Positions 46,719-58,110 of a stretch of 64,000 bases of DNA are shown here, in pieces (the stretch's first letter is position 1; each line of letters begins with the position of its first letter). This DNA comes from a virus (lineage: Duplodnaviria > Caudoviricetes): the IMG/VR virus record IMGVR_UViG_3300029288_000063, positions 128,001-192,000 of that record; one strand, 5' to 3'. Both the position numbers and the translations under genes were made by a program. The notes under the pieces were generated by a model. The model was not told the origin of the DNA and ran no database searches. It saw nothing but the letters and a program-made list of their open reading frames with translations.

Positions 46719-47045
46719 ATGGCTGGAACGTTCACGCCGGGCGAGTGGTTCGCAAAGCAGCGCAGGGTTGGCGAATATCTGTTCAACTGGCAGGTTGTCG
46801 TTCAAGGCGGGTATTTCAAGGAGAATGGCAAAAGAATCGCCGTGGCTGCCTTTGGTGGGTCCGACGCCGAAGCAAATGCTCGCCTGAGTGCCAAGTCGCC
46901 AGAGATGTATCGGCTGTTGCAGGACATTCGGCACCAGCTTGCGACGGACAGCGACTTGGAAGGGCTTGTTGGTGCGCCGAAGTATCAGGCGATTGTCGAC
47001 CTTATTGATAAGCTCGACGAAGAAGTGAAAAAGCGGGACGGATAA
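46719..47045 (+). CDS. hypothetical phage protein
   Basis: TPG.W ... EANARL...SPEM pattern; RBS. Confidence 0.75.
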   Translation: MAGTFTPGEWFAKQRRVGEYLFNWQVVVQGGYFKENGKRIAVAAFGGSDAEANARLSAKSPEMYRLLQDIRHQLATDSDLEGLVGAPKYQAIVDLIDKLDEEVKKRDG

Positions 47046-47064
47046 AAAGATTTTTCCCTCCGAT

Positions 47065-47084
47065 TTTTTCCCTGTCTGAACGAT
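47065..47084 (+). promoter_or_regulatory. candidate phage promoter TTTT-N12-CGAT
   Basis: Recurring motif. Confidence 0.6.
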
Positions 47085-47131
47085 GTTCTTGTGTGAAACA
47101 ACAACAAGGATAACGAAAGGGAGAACAGGAC

Positions 47132-47362
47132 ATGTCGAATTTTGTCGAGATAGCTGATTTCCTCGAAGTGAATCTGAAAGCCATGTGTGTCGAGCTTCGC
47201 GACATGCGTAAGACGGGCACCCTCAAAAACGAAGGATTGGTCATGCAACTGGCGCACATGTGTCAAAGCGACGAGATGAACGCTGACGATGCCATCTGGT
47301 GTGTCACATCGCTTGTTCGGGAGCTGGCGGTGGATTTCGTCGTCAATAACGCAAAAACCTGA
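47132..47362 (+). CDS. hypothetical protein
   Basis: RBS and ATG. Confidence 0.7.
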   Translation: MSNFVEIADFLEVNLKAMCVELRDMRKTGTLKNEGLVMQLAHMCQSDEMNADDAIWCVTSLVRELAVDFVVNNAKT

Positions 47363-47374
47363 AGGAGAATACCG

Positions 47375-47560
47375 ATGAAGCGCATGGACCACAGAGCATA
47401 TCCGCTTTCGCTGCGCAAGAAGTCCGTGGAGCAGCTTCGGTTCATTATCAAGGACGCGGGCGATGCGATGCGGGCTATGCCGGATGGTGAGAACGCCGAT
47501 TACTATGCCGACGAAGTCAACTATGCGAGTATGGAGCTGCGTCTGCGAGGTGTCCGGTGA
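47375..47560 (+). CDS. hypothetical protein
   Basis: AAGGAG RBS. Confidence 0.7.
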   Translation: MKRMDHRAYPLSLRKKSVEQLRFIIKDAGDAMRAMPDGENADYYADEVNYASMELRLRGVR

Positions 47561-47647
47561 GTATGGTAGATTTCCTCATGCAGAACGTCGAGGGTTGTCG
47601 TAGGCTCGACCTCTGTCATAAGGCATGTTTGTGGTGCTGATTTTGTT

Positions 47648-48049
47648 TTGAAAAACGGCATGCCATTCAGGTTTGAAAGCCTTCCGGTTCACGTCGCCCG
47701 TGGTGAGCCGCGTCAGTGTTTTTATAACGCCTTTGTGGCGATGATGGACAATGACGGTTTAACCTACTGTGAAGGCTTCGCGTGTGGTGATAGTGAGTTC
47801 GCCCACCTGCATGCGTGGTGTATTGATGAGGATGGTGTTGTGGTTGACCCAACTTGGGAGTCCGGAGTGGAATACGTTGGTGTTCCATTCTCGTCGTCCT
47901 TTGTCCTGAAGAGTGTTTTGAAGTCTGGTTGCAGTCTCATTGATGATTGGAAGAAGAAATGGCCGCTGCTTTCCGGTGCCGTGTCGGTAGAATCAGTGAT
48001 AAGTTGTGATTGGTTTGAATTGTGGGAAAAACGTCCAGTTTTGTGTTAA
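47648..48049 (+). CDS. hypothetical protein with a transglutaminase-like C/H/D pattern
   Basis: CFYNA, HAW, VDPTW. Confidence 0.6.
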   Translation: MKNGMPFRFESLPVHVARGEPRQCFYNAFVAMMDNDGLTYCEGFACGDSEFAHLHAWCIDEDGVVVDPTWESGVEYVGVPFSSSFVLKSVLKSGCSLIDDWKKKWPLLSGAVSVESVISCDWFELWEKRPVLC

Positions 48050-48076
48050 ACCCCCGATGTTATGTAAAGGAGGGGT

Positions 48077-48481
48077 ATGATGGAAATACATAACCGTCGT
48101 GAGCTTGCCGATAAGGTGTTGGCGTGTCTGCTTGATGCTTTGAAAAACATTAACGCCGACAAGGACGCGAGTGCTTCTGTTGGCTCGTATCAGAATGGTC
48201 GTGAGCAGGGTCACTCCCTGTTTGTCACCAACTATAGTGGGACAAAGTTCAAGTCTTTGTGGGTCGGTTTTGCGGAGCATCGTATTTCGGACGACATTGT
48301 TGTGTATTTCGACGACAACGACCCGATGCAGTCCATTACCAATTCCATGTATGATAACTCATACCACTTCGGTTGCGATGAGGTTGATGGTGCTGTGAAT
48401 TTTATCGTATCCATTGTTGACCGTGTTGTCGTGCAGGGTGGCAAGAAAAAGACTCACAAGAAGAAAGACAACAACGCATGA
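48077..48481 (+). CDS. hypothetical protein
   Basis: AGGAGG RBS. Confidence 0.75.
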   Translation: MMEIHNRRELADKVLACLLDALKNINADKDASASVGSYQNGREQGHSLFVTNYSGTKFKSLWVGFAEHRISDDIVVYFDDNDPMQSITNSMYDNSYHFGCDEVDGAVNFIVSIVDRVVVQGGKKKTHKKKDNNA

Positions 48482-48939
48482 GAAACGAGTTTCCAGAAAA
48501 CACGGAAGAGCAAAACCGTATTCCCCGTGAGATGGTTGCCCTTGCCGAAGCTATTGCGAGAAAAGTCCATAATGGTCAGTTTCGTCGCTGTGGTTTGCCG
48601 TATATTGTTCACCCGGAGGATGTTGTTCGTCGGCTGCGGGAAACATACCCGGAAGATTTTTCCGTTCACTCTGTTGGTTGGTTGCATGATGTTCTTGAGG
48701 ACTCTGACATGCACCCGCAAGACCTGATTCGTGAAGGAATAACATGGGATGCCACATATGCCGTTTCCGTGATGACCAAGCACAAAGGGGAGAGGTACGA
48801 GGAATATCTCATTCGGGTCAAAGAAAACGATTTGGCGCGGCGCGTGAAGATTGCCGATATCCGTTCCAATCTTTCTGATGCACCAAAACCGGAAACAGCG
48901 GTAAAATATGAAAAGGCTTTGAAGTTTCTTGAAGGGTAA
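48478..48939 (+). CDS. small alarmone hydrolase-like HD protein (Mesh1/SpoT type)
   Basis: H.GQ.R..G.PYI.HP, LHDVLED, VK.AD..SN. Confidence 0.88.
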   Translation: MRNEFPENTEEQNRIPREMVALAEAIARKVHNGQFRRCGLPYIVHPEDVVRRLRETYPEDFSVHSVGWLHDVLEDSDMHPQDLIREGITWDATYAVSVMTKHKGERYEEYLIRVKENDLARRVKIADIRSNLSDAPKPETAVKYEKALKFLEG

Positions 48940-48950
48940 TTTTTTGATAA

Positions 48951-50956
<2,006 letters not shown>

Positions 50957-50957
<1 letters not shown>

Positions 50958-51313
50958 TGATGTCGCGAAATTATAATATGTATGTTGTGGTTCGCGGGTT
51001 CCGGAAGGAACGTATGCCGCAAATCGAAGAGGCGCTGTTGTCGGAGTGGGAGTTTGACGAAGATTGGATTGTGGATGAGAGCGATGCTTCTCGGTTGTCC
51101 ATATCCGGTGGCGGTGATGGGTGTCTGTGTGGTGGCGAATCGGAAGAAGAGTTTGCCGATAGTCTTGCGATGGCTGTAATGAAGGCGAACGGCGGAGCGT
51201 GTGAGGTTGGGGTTCGTGCGACATATTTGGAAGAGTTGCCGTTTGAGCGTTACATACGTGACGCTGATTGGTTTGAGGAAAACGTCCGTTCCTGCTTGGA
51301 GGTTGAGGGTTAA
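50957..51313 (+). CDS. hypothetical protein
   Basis: Acidic ORF coupled to ligA. Confidence 0.7.
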
Positions 51314-51314
51314 A

Positions 51315-51719
51315 ATGTCGAAGATTGAACTTCAAGATACCACGAAGGATGTCGTCATGAAGATGACCGAGGGGAATCCCGGCGCACTTCAGGTGATTAT
51401 GGGTATCATTGAGTATGGTGGCAAGATTGACCCCGATGATGCGTTTGGTGGTTTTGGTTCCCTATTGCACCTCGACAACATCGGCGTGTATGGCTCGAAA
51501 ATCTGGATGCTGTTCAAATACATTTGTGGGTGCAACCTTTCCCACACCATCGCCATGATTCGCGCAGTACAGCTTGGCATTCTGCCGGAGAAGGAATTGC
51601 TGGATGCCCTGAGTCGCCCGTATGCAAACGGAATCTTTGATGTTCCGTCGTATGTCGCGAAGGTAAAGGAACGTCTGAAGGCGTTCCGTGATGTTGGCGA
51701 TGTTGCGGAATTGGTGTAG
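51315..51719 (+). CDS. hypothetical phage protein
   Basis: RBS; EGNPGA motif. Confidence 0.75.
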   Translation: MSKIELQDTTKDVVMKMTEGNPGALQVIMGIIEYGGKIDPDDAFGGFGSLLHLDNIGVYGSKIWMLFKYICGCNLSHTIAMIRAVQLGILPEKELLDALSRPYANGIFDVPSYVAKVKERLKAFRDVGDVAELV

Positions 51720-51768
51720 TCTTGTAGGATCGTTGTGGGTCACACTTGATGCTTGAAGGAGAGGAATC

Positions 51769-52461
51769 GTGTCGCATTTCACCGTAATGGTTGTTACAGA
51801 TGAGCAGCCGACCAAAGAAATCCTCCACCGGATTCTGTTGCCGTGGCACGAATACGAATGCACAGGGTATGAGGACTTTGTCGAGTTCGTTCCCGCCGAG
51901 GAGTCCTTGGAGGAAATGCAAAAGAATTACGCCGAAAACGGACGCGAATCAACGTTTGAAGCGTTCGTCGGTGATTATTATGGATACCACAAAAACGAAG
52001 AGGGTGTTTTGGGTCGCAAGACGAATCCGAATGCGCGTTGGGATTGGTGGACTGTTGGCGGACGTTGGTCGAATTCCTTGATGAACAAAGAAGGTGTGTC
52101 CGGCGACTCGTTCAGGTTCGGTGATGTTGATTTTGATGGCATTCGGCGCAAGCGTGTTGAAAACGCCAACAGAGACTACGATGAAGCGTTCAAAAAGTAT
52201 CCGGAAGACGCCACCGCACGTTATTTCAACTTTGGTATCGAAGCTGGTGAAACGAAAGAGAAGTATGTGGCGCGTTTCGATGTCGCGTTTTCCGCTTTCG
52301 GCGTCGTGTTGGACGGCGAATGGATTGAGCGTGGGAAGATGGGGTGGTGGGCGTGTGTGTCCGACGAAAAGTCGACGGATGATTGGTCGAAGACGTGCGA
52401 AGTTGTTATGTCGAAGATTCGCCCCGACCAGTGGGTTACGATTGTTGATTGTCATATCTGA
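51769..52461 (+). CDS. hypothetical phage protein
   Basis: SHF.V.V, NP.A.WDW..GGRW, terminal VDCHI. Confidence 0.8.
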   Translation: MSHFTVMVVTDEQPTKEILHRILLPWHEYECTGYEDFVEFVPAEESLEEMQKNYAENGRESTFEAFVGDYYGYHKNEEGVLGRKTNPNARWDWWTVGGRWSNSLMNKEGVSGDSFRFGDVDFDGIRRKRVENANRDYDEAFKKYPEDATARYFNFGIEAGETKEKYVARFDVAFSAFGVVLDGEWIERGKMGWWACVSDEKSTDDWSKTCEVVMSKIRPDQWVTIVDCHI

Positions 52462-52472
52462 AAGGTTTTCTC

Positions 52473-52982
52473 ATGGGTGATTTTCTTGATGCGGCAAAAA
52501 AGACACGTGAATATCTCGACTACCTTGAGACGCATTATCGTTGTGTTCAGGAAGCCGTTGATATTGTGTCTCAGTCAATGCTTCTGTCGGTAAACAGCTC
52601 GCTGTTGCAGCTTTTGCGCAAAGAGGTCGAACAGCATGACATGAGTAAGTTTTCCGAAGCCGAATTTGTTCAGTATCGTCGGAAGTTTTTCCCGACAGAT
52701 GCCGATAAGCTGGTGCCCGAAGAGGTGAAGTCCGGGTTTGATTCCGCGTGGGAACACCACAAGGAGAACAATCCGCACCACTTCGAGCGCCGGATGTTCG
52801 AAACGAACGGCGTTATGGGTGAGGTTAACGGTATGCACATGATTTGTGATTGGGTCGCCATGTCGCTTGCGAAAGGCGAAAAGTCGCCGAGGAAGTATTT
52901 CGAGTCAAAGCGTGAGGAGATGAAGCTTCCCCAGTGGCTTGAGGCGTGTGTATATACCGTTTGTAATTACATGGAGAGCTAG
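52473..52982 (+). CDS. HD-like protein (DUF5662-like)
   Basis: HDMSKF, WEHH...NPHH.E, MICDW.AM. Confidence 0.75.
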   Translation: MGDFLDAAKKTREYLDYLETHYRCVQEAVDIVSQSMLLSVNSSLLQLLRKEVEQHDMSKFSEAEFVQYRRKFFPTDADKLVPEEVKSGFDSAWEHHKENNPHHFERRMFETNGVMGEVNGMHMICDWVAMSLAKGEKSPRKYFESKREEMKLPQWLEACVYTVCNYMES

Positions 52983-53018
52983 GCTTCAATCCGTATTTGT
53001 GTTGTAAGGGGGTGCGCT

Positions 53019-53786
53019 ATGAAGATTCTTGTTACAAGTGGCGGAACGAGGATTCCGATTGACCGGGTCCGGCATATCGCAAACATGTCGCAGGGGACGT
53101 TTGGTGCTGAAATTGCGAAAGAGTTTCTCCTACATGGTCACAATGTTGAATTTCTTCGTGCCGAACGGTCGAAGTCGCCGTTTCAGTTGACGCTTGATTT
53201 CAACAAGAGTTCGGCTGTGGAAGCCGTGCGTGATTTTGCCGATATGGCTTCTTTTTCCAGTGGGAGTCTTGCAAAATATCACGAAACCACGTATAAAACG
53301 TTTGACGATTATGCCCGTGAGCTGAAGGCGTTGGTGTGCCCCGAATACCCGGCAGAAAAGCCAGACGTTGTTTTTCTTGCCGCAGCCGTGTCTGATTATG
53401 GAACGAAGCCGCTGAAAGGCAAGGTGCGTTCCAGTGCGGCTGATATGTCCATCCACCTTCATAAGCTGCCGAAGCTTATCCGGATGGTGAAGCGGTGGAA
53501 TCCGGAAGTGTTTCTTGTTGGGTTCAAATTGTTGGTCGATTCGACTCCCGACGAACTGGAGATGGCTGCCAGAAAGACCATGAAGGCGAACAAGTGCGAT
53601 ATGGTTATCGCTAATGACCTTCGTGACATTCAAAACAACGACCACACCCTGAGGGTTTTTGTTCCCGGCAGCGATGTTGTTGTGATGAGGAAGTCCGAAG
53701 GTTCGTTGGCGTCTCGCGTTGCGAGTATGTCCGTCTCGCGTTGTAAGGAGATGTGGCATCCTAAACAAAAAAGGAAATCAAAGTGA
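53019..53786 (+). CDS. coaB: phosphopantothenoylcysteine synthetase
   Basis: VTSGGT..PID.VR.I.N.S.G.FG, AAAVSDY, VGFKL, ANDL. Confidence 0.9.
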   Translation: MKILVTSGGTRIPIDRVRHIANMSQGTFGAEIAKEFLLHGHNVEFLRAERSKSPFQLTLDFNKSSAVEAVRDFADMASFSSGSLAKYHETTYKTFDDYARELKALVCPEYPAEKPDVVFLAAAVSDYGTKPLKGKVRSSAADMSIHLHKLPKLIRMVKRWNPEVFLVGFKLLVDSTPDELEMAARKTMKANKCDMVIANDLRDIQNNDHTLRVFVPGSDVVVMRKSEGSLASRVASMSVSRCKEMWHPKQKRKSK

Positions 53787-54901
53787 AGATTCTGCTTGGG
53801 GTAACTGGTTCCGTTGCGGCCACCCTTACACCGAAGATGGTGAAAGCCCTTTCTGCAATTGGTGAAGTCGCTGTCGTCTGTACTGAAAACTCGAAATACT
53901 TCTTCAACCCGTCAGAGCTTGGTGTCCCGGTTTATTCCGACCGTGACGAGTGGTATGACGCGAATGGAGAAAAGATTTGGAAGAAAAAGGGTGACCCGGT
54001 TCGTCATATCGACCTTCGGAAAGAATATGGGGTGTTGGTTGTTGCACCTCTGTCCGCCAATACTGCCGCGAAGTTTGCCAACGGTATTGCCGACAACCTA
54101 TTGACAAGTCTTTTCCTTGCGTGGGACAACGTGAAGACACGTGTTGCGGCACCCTCCATGAACACCTTGATGTTCGAAAACCCGAAAACAAGGTTGAATC
54201 TTATGAGCGTCGGACAATATGCGATCATTGTTCCACCAATATCGAAAGTGTTGGCGTGCAACGAAGAGGGTGTTGGTGCGATGGCACTCATCGACGACAT
54301 TGTTGCTCGGGTGAAGACCGTTACGAGGTGGGTGTTTCCACTCGAAGATGTTTGTCCGGGCATTCCTGTTGGCGTGCATCCGGGTGCCTTTGGGGCGCAG
54401 CGTCGCCGTTCGTTCCACACGGGTGTTGACCTGTATTGCCCGGAAGGCTCGGTTGTGAGAGCGGTTGAGTCGGGTAGGGTTGTTGGTGTTGAACGTTTCA
54501 CGGGTGAGTCTGTTGGTTCCCCGTGGTGGAACGAGACTGACGCCCTGTTGATTGAAGGTTCGTCCGGCGTTGTGTGTTATGGCGAAATCAAGGTGTCGGA
54601 CGACATCTCCGTCGGTGATGTTGTTTTTGATGGGGGAAAAGTTGGACATGTTGTTCCGGTTGTCAAGGAAGGTCGGGAGCGTCCTGATGTTCCGGGGCAT
54701 TCGCGTTCGATGCTTCACCTTGAGCTGTATTGCAACGGGCGTACAAGTGTGTCGTCCCATTGGGGTTTGGATTCTGAAAAACACGACTATATGTTGGACC
54801 CGACAAAGATGATTCTGGAATCGGAAAATTGCCCGCCGGTGAGTTTCGATATGCCGTCGTGGCCGGATGAAATCGCGAAGGTCCGTGAAAATGTGGGGTA
54901 G
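53783..54901 (+). CDS. coaC: phosphopantothenoylcysteine decarboxylase fused to an M23 peptidase-like domain
   Basis: GVTGSVAA, HIDL, APLSANT.AK.A.G.ADN, PSMN..M, LAC..G.GAM; then HTGVD and LHLE. Confidence 0.85.
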   Translation: MKILLGVTGSVAATLTPKMVKALSAIGEVAVVCTENSKYFFNPSELGVPVYSDRDEWYDANGEKIWKKKGDPVRHIDLRKEYGVLVVAPLSANTAAKFANGIADNLLTSLFLAWDNVKTRVAAPSMNTLMFENPKTRLNLMSVGQYAIIVPPISKVLACNEEGVGAMALIDDIVARVKTVTRWVFPLEDVCPGIPVGVHPGAFGAQRRRSFHTGVDLYCPEGSVVRAVESGRVVGVERFTGESVGSPWWNETDALLIEGSSGVVCYGEIKVSDDISVGDVVFDGGKVGHVVPVVKEGRERPDVPGHSRSMLHLELYCNGRTSVSSHWGLDSEKHDYMLDPTKMILESENCPPVSFDMPSWPDEIAKVRENVG

Positions 54902-55184
54902 CAAGAACGAGAATTGTCTTGCCGGTATGGCCTGCCCGAGTTGTGGTTCGGAAGGTCCGTTTAGTATTGTCTCGACGTGTATTGCCGAGTGGACTGACGA
55001 CGGGACGGAGGAAGCAAGCGATTTGGAGTTTGACGATGATTCACACTGTCGTTGTATGGCGTGTGATTTTTGTGAGGTGGTAGACAAGTTCAGGAAACCA
55101 CAAATGCCCGGTGCGTTATTGGTTGTTTTGGCGGACAAAGAGGAGTTTGCCGATGTGGAAGGAAAACATCCGGAAGAACATTAA
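54891..55184 (+). CDS. Zn-ribbon hypothetical protein
   Basis: CPSCG ... CMAC. Confidence 0.65.
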   Translation: MWGSKNENCLAGMACPSCGSEGPFSIVSTCIAEWTDDGTEEASDLEFDDDSHCRCMACDFCEVVDKFRKPQMPGALLVVLADKEEFADVEGKHPEEH

Positions 55185-55197
55185 GGCTCTTGGTCAT

Positions 55198-55467
55198 ATG
55201 TATTTAAAGGGTGGAATCGTTCTGAATGTCGTTCGCCTTCGTCTTGGTGAGCGATATATTGTTTTTGGTCGTGAGGTTCGTTTTATCAAGGTCACCCCGA
55301 AAGGGTATAATTTCCTTGACGAGTCGACCAACTGTTGTGTGCTTCGTCGTCATGTGTACGAAACGAAGAAAAGTATCTCTCAGCGAGAAAATGGCTCGCA
55401 CACCGATGGTACGGTAAAGGTTCGCGTCGCGAGCCTGATGCGTATATCGGAGTGTTGTGCGGGTTGA
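55198..55467 (+). CDS. hypothetical protein
   Basis: ORF in a tightly packed gene run. Confidence 0.55.
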   Translation: MYLKGGIVLNVVRLRLGERYIVFGREVRFIKVTPKGYNFLDESTNCCVLRRHVYETKKSISQRENGSHTDGTVKVRVASLMRISECCAG

Positions 55468-55480
55468 TGTGGAGAAAAAG

Positions 55481-55783
55481 ATGTCGATGTGTTGTCCCGG
55501 TGCTGCGTCTCCCGTTGTGGTTCCTGATACATCCAGTGAGACGCGTTTGTGTCCGCAGTATCATGTGATGCTTCACAACGACGACGTAAATGATATGTGG
55601 CACGTCTGTCGGAGTTTAATGAGCATTCTTAGTCACAATGAAGAGGATGCTATCGAGATAATGCTGAAGGCGCACAATGAAGGCGTTGCGGTGGCGAAAA
55701 CGGAATCGAAGGAACATGCCGAGTTTCATCAGGAACAGCTTCAGGCTGTTTCCCTGACCGTTACTATTGAACCGGCAGAATAA
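55481..55783 (+). CDS. clpS: ClpS N-degron adaptor
   Basis: Y.V.LHNDD, A..IML.AH.EG.AV, E.AE. Confidence 0.88.
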   Translation: MSMCCPGAASPVVVPDTSSETRLCPQYHVMLHNDDVNDMWHVCRSLMSILSHNEEDAIEIMLKAHNEGVAVAKTESKEHAEFHQEQLQAVSLTVTIEPAE

Positions 55784-55889
55784 AAATAATTTTTATCCTG
55801 TTTTCCTTTCCGGTTCGATTGGTATCATGATGTGATGCTTCCCCGTGTGTGGGGTCAACTAACAGTCCGAGTGTGGACAAAGGAGGAAT

Positions 55890-56684
55890 GTGATGAAGTA
55901 CGAAGCGGTGTGGGATATTGTTGTTGGTTTGTTTGACAGTCTCGACAGAAGCGTGAAAAGGGCGAAGGGGAAGCTGTTGGAAGGTCTGTTGATGGCGTAC
56001 AATGACCTTTCCAACGACATTGACAGAGCGCGCCTTCTTATCGACATCGAGAAGAAATTCGGGGTGGAGTATTCATTCCTCCTTATGATGATGTCTGTCG
56101 GGTTCCCGGTCAAGTTCGTTCTTGAAGAGCAACGGGTAGTTGGTGTCCTCAAGAAGGCTTCGAGGTATGTCGTTAAGAAAGGCGTTTTGAAGCAGATTCT
56201 GGAACTCAACAGCGATTCGGATTGGCCGTCCGCAACGCTCGTCAAGGGTGTGTCGGTTCTCGAAGTGTTCTGGCTCGTGTACAAGTACAAGCTGGTTGTT
56301 CTCGGGGAAAACGACGTTTACGCCGACAAGACGTCTCGATGGCTGAAGGTCGTCCGCCTTTTGGGTGGCATTAACGGCGGCAACCACACCGGCGTCAACC
56401 TCGAACTTTGCAATCCGAAAATCGAAGAGCGCTCGAATTGTGGGTGCTCGAAGTCCGGACCCACGTTGGCGGTGACGATGGAGTGGCGCAATCACCCCAC
56501 CCGTTCACACCCGTTCATTCCCTATGTCGACGTCATGAAGGCTGGTTTGGGTGCTCTGTGCGGTGACGACTCGCACGCTGTGGTTGTTGAATTTGTCGGC
56601 ATCCTGAACGACCTGAAGCGCAAGAATCCGGAGTGTTCGGCGTTGTTCATGGCGATTGCAAAGGCTGTGAACAGCAAGAAGTAA
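55890..56684 (+). CDS. hypothetical protein
   Basis: AGGAGG RBS. Confidence 0.75.
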   Translation: MMKYEAVWDIVVGLFDSLDRSVKRAKGKLLEGLLMAYNDLSNDIDRARLLIDIEKKFGVEYSFLLMMMSVGFPVKFVLEEQRVVGVLKKASRYVVKKGVLKQILELNSDSDWPSATLVKGVSVLEVFWLVYKYKLVVLGENDVYADKTSRWLKVVRLLGGINGGNHTGVNLELCNPKIEERSNCGCSKSGPTLAVTMEWRNHPTRSHPFIPYVDVMKAGLGALCGDDSHAVVVEFVGILNDLKRKNPECSALFMAIAKAVNSKK

Positions 56685-56746
56685 TTCATGGCGGTTGACA
56701 GTTCGTGTGTTTTTCATAAAAATCATTCCAAAGAAGGAATCATATC

Positions 56747-58033
56747 ATGTCGCGTAGGTACAAAAAGACAAAAAAGTCCGCCTTGAAGATTGCAACAAAG
56801 TCCGTTGCCCCAAAGGTGCAGCCAGATATCAAGGATATGCTTGTCCGCACTCTGCGGAGGAACGGCGCAACGGAAGCAGAAATCGAAGCAATTTTTTCTC
56901 CGGAAAATGTTTTCGGTATGCTTCCGAAGCAGGAGATGATTGCCGCCAAAAACCTCTGTGTTGTGAACCCCGAACAGTTTTTCGACTTTTCCGACTCCGA
57001 CAAGCAAAAGGTTCTCGAAAACACCAAGTCGGATGTCCCTGTGATTCACAGTGTCAGCGTTGTGAAGAGGAAACACATTTTCAAGGTACACAAGCAGATT
57101 TTCTTGGAAGATGATGGGCGCATGTATTCCCCCATCCATGCATGTCGGTACAGGGGCGTAGTCCACATTTCGAGTGGTCGCAATCGTCTGATTGGGTTTA
57201 TCCTCACCGGCGTTGTCACCGCTGAGACGCTGGTTCCCGTCTTGGTTTACGATGTTGACAGTAAAGCCAAGATTAGCCGTTTGGTTGTGGAAGCCAACGA
57301 CTGTCGTTCGTCTGGTACACAAGAACGGTCGGTCGCGAACGTGTCTTGGTATTGTGAGCGTAGTCGGAAAGAAAGGCCGGAAGAGTGCGAGGACGGAATA
57401 ATTCCCATGTTTGGTCTTACGCCGTCAAAGTGGCTTAGATTGTCGGTCACTTCTCGGTTTTCAGCGATCTCGATGGATGCATGCAACCTTCCTCAAGTTA
57501 CTTTTCCATTTCGCATAGACGATGGTTTCCAATATACGGCTAACCTCGTGAGCTTCAGGAATCTCAATCCTTCTGGTATAATCTTTTGTTCGTGGGTACT
57601 TAAACACAAGAGTCGTGCCGGAGAGGTGTTGGAGCGTTCTGCAATCCCGCAGTTTGTGACGTTTATTTCTGGTCTGTATGAAAAATCCAAGGCGCTTGGG
57701 AAAGAAACACAGTTCTTCGAACTCGTTCGTGCTGGAAATAACGAAGGACTCAAGATTATCAGCGCGATTGTGTCCAACTTGCTGTATGGTGAAGGTATCG
57801 AATACTCCGAGGTGGATTTTCAGGAGCGTGTGAATCCCATCGTCGACAACATCCTGACGCTTCTCGGTGATGGCTCCTGTACCTCCGGAGAGGTCATGCG
57901 TGCAAAACTCGCTCTGCTGTTGACGGATAATGTTGAGGCGGCGGAAAAACTGTTGCTCGACATCTTCATGCCGGAGACAGCTGCAAAAGCGTTGGCCGAA
58001 ATGAAAAATGTCACAGTGAAAAAGGTTGCATAG
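56747..58033 (+). CDS. ParB-N/Srx-like domain protein (paralog of 30203..31408)
   Basis: SGRNRL, VPV, EAN..R. Confidence 0.6.
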   Translation: MSRRYKKTKKSALKIATKSVAPKVQPDIKDMLVRTLRRNGATEAEIEAIFSPENVFGMLPKQEMIAAKNLCVVNPEQFFDFSDSDKQKVLENTKSDVPVIHSVSVVKRKHIFKVHKQIFLEDDGRMYSPIHACRYRGVVHISSGRNRLIGFILTGVVTAETLVPVLVYDVDSKAKISRLVVEANDCRSSGTQERSVANVSWYCERSRKERPEECEDGIIPMFGLTPSKWLRLSVTSRFSAISMDACNLPQVTFPFRIDDGFQYTANLVSFRNLNPSGIIFCSWVLKHKSRAGEVLERSAIPQFVTFISGLYEKSKALGKETQFFELVRAGNNEGLKIISAIVSNLLYGEGIEYSEVDFQERVNPIVDNILTLLGDGSCTSGEVMRAKLALLLTDNVEAAEKLLLDIFMPETAAKALAEMKNVTVKKVA

Positions 58034-58061
58034 CAAAACTTGTCCGTTTGCTGTGTATAAT

Positions 58062-58099
58062 CAGGGGTTCGGGGATTGTCCTCGAATCCCTGTTTTTTT
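58062..58099 (+). terminator. hairpin plus T-run directly after a TATAAT
   Basis: CAGGGGTTCGGGGA/TCCTCGAATCCCTG plus T7. Confidence 0.65.
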
Positions 58100-58110
58100 G
58101 GAGTGCCGTC

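Noticed and set aside
56695-56723. TTGACA sigma70-type promoter
   Set aside because: The -10 match and spacing are poor
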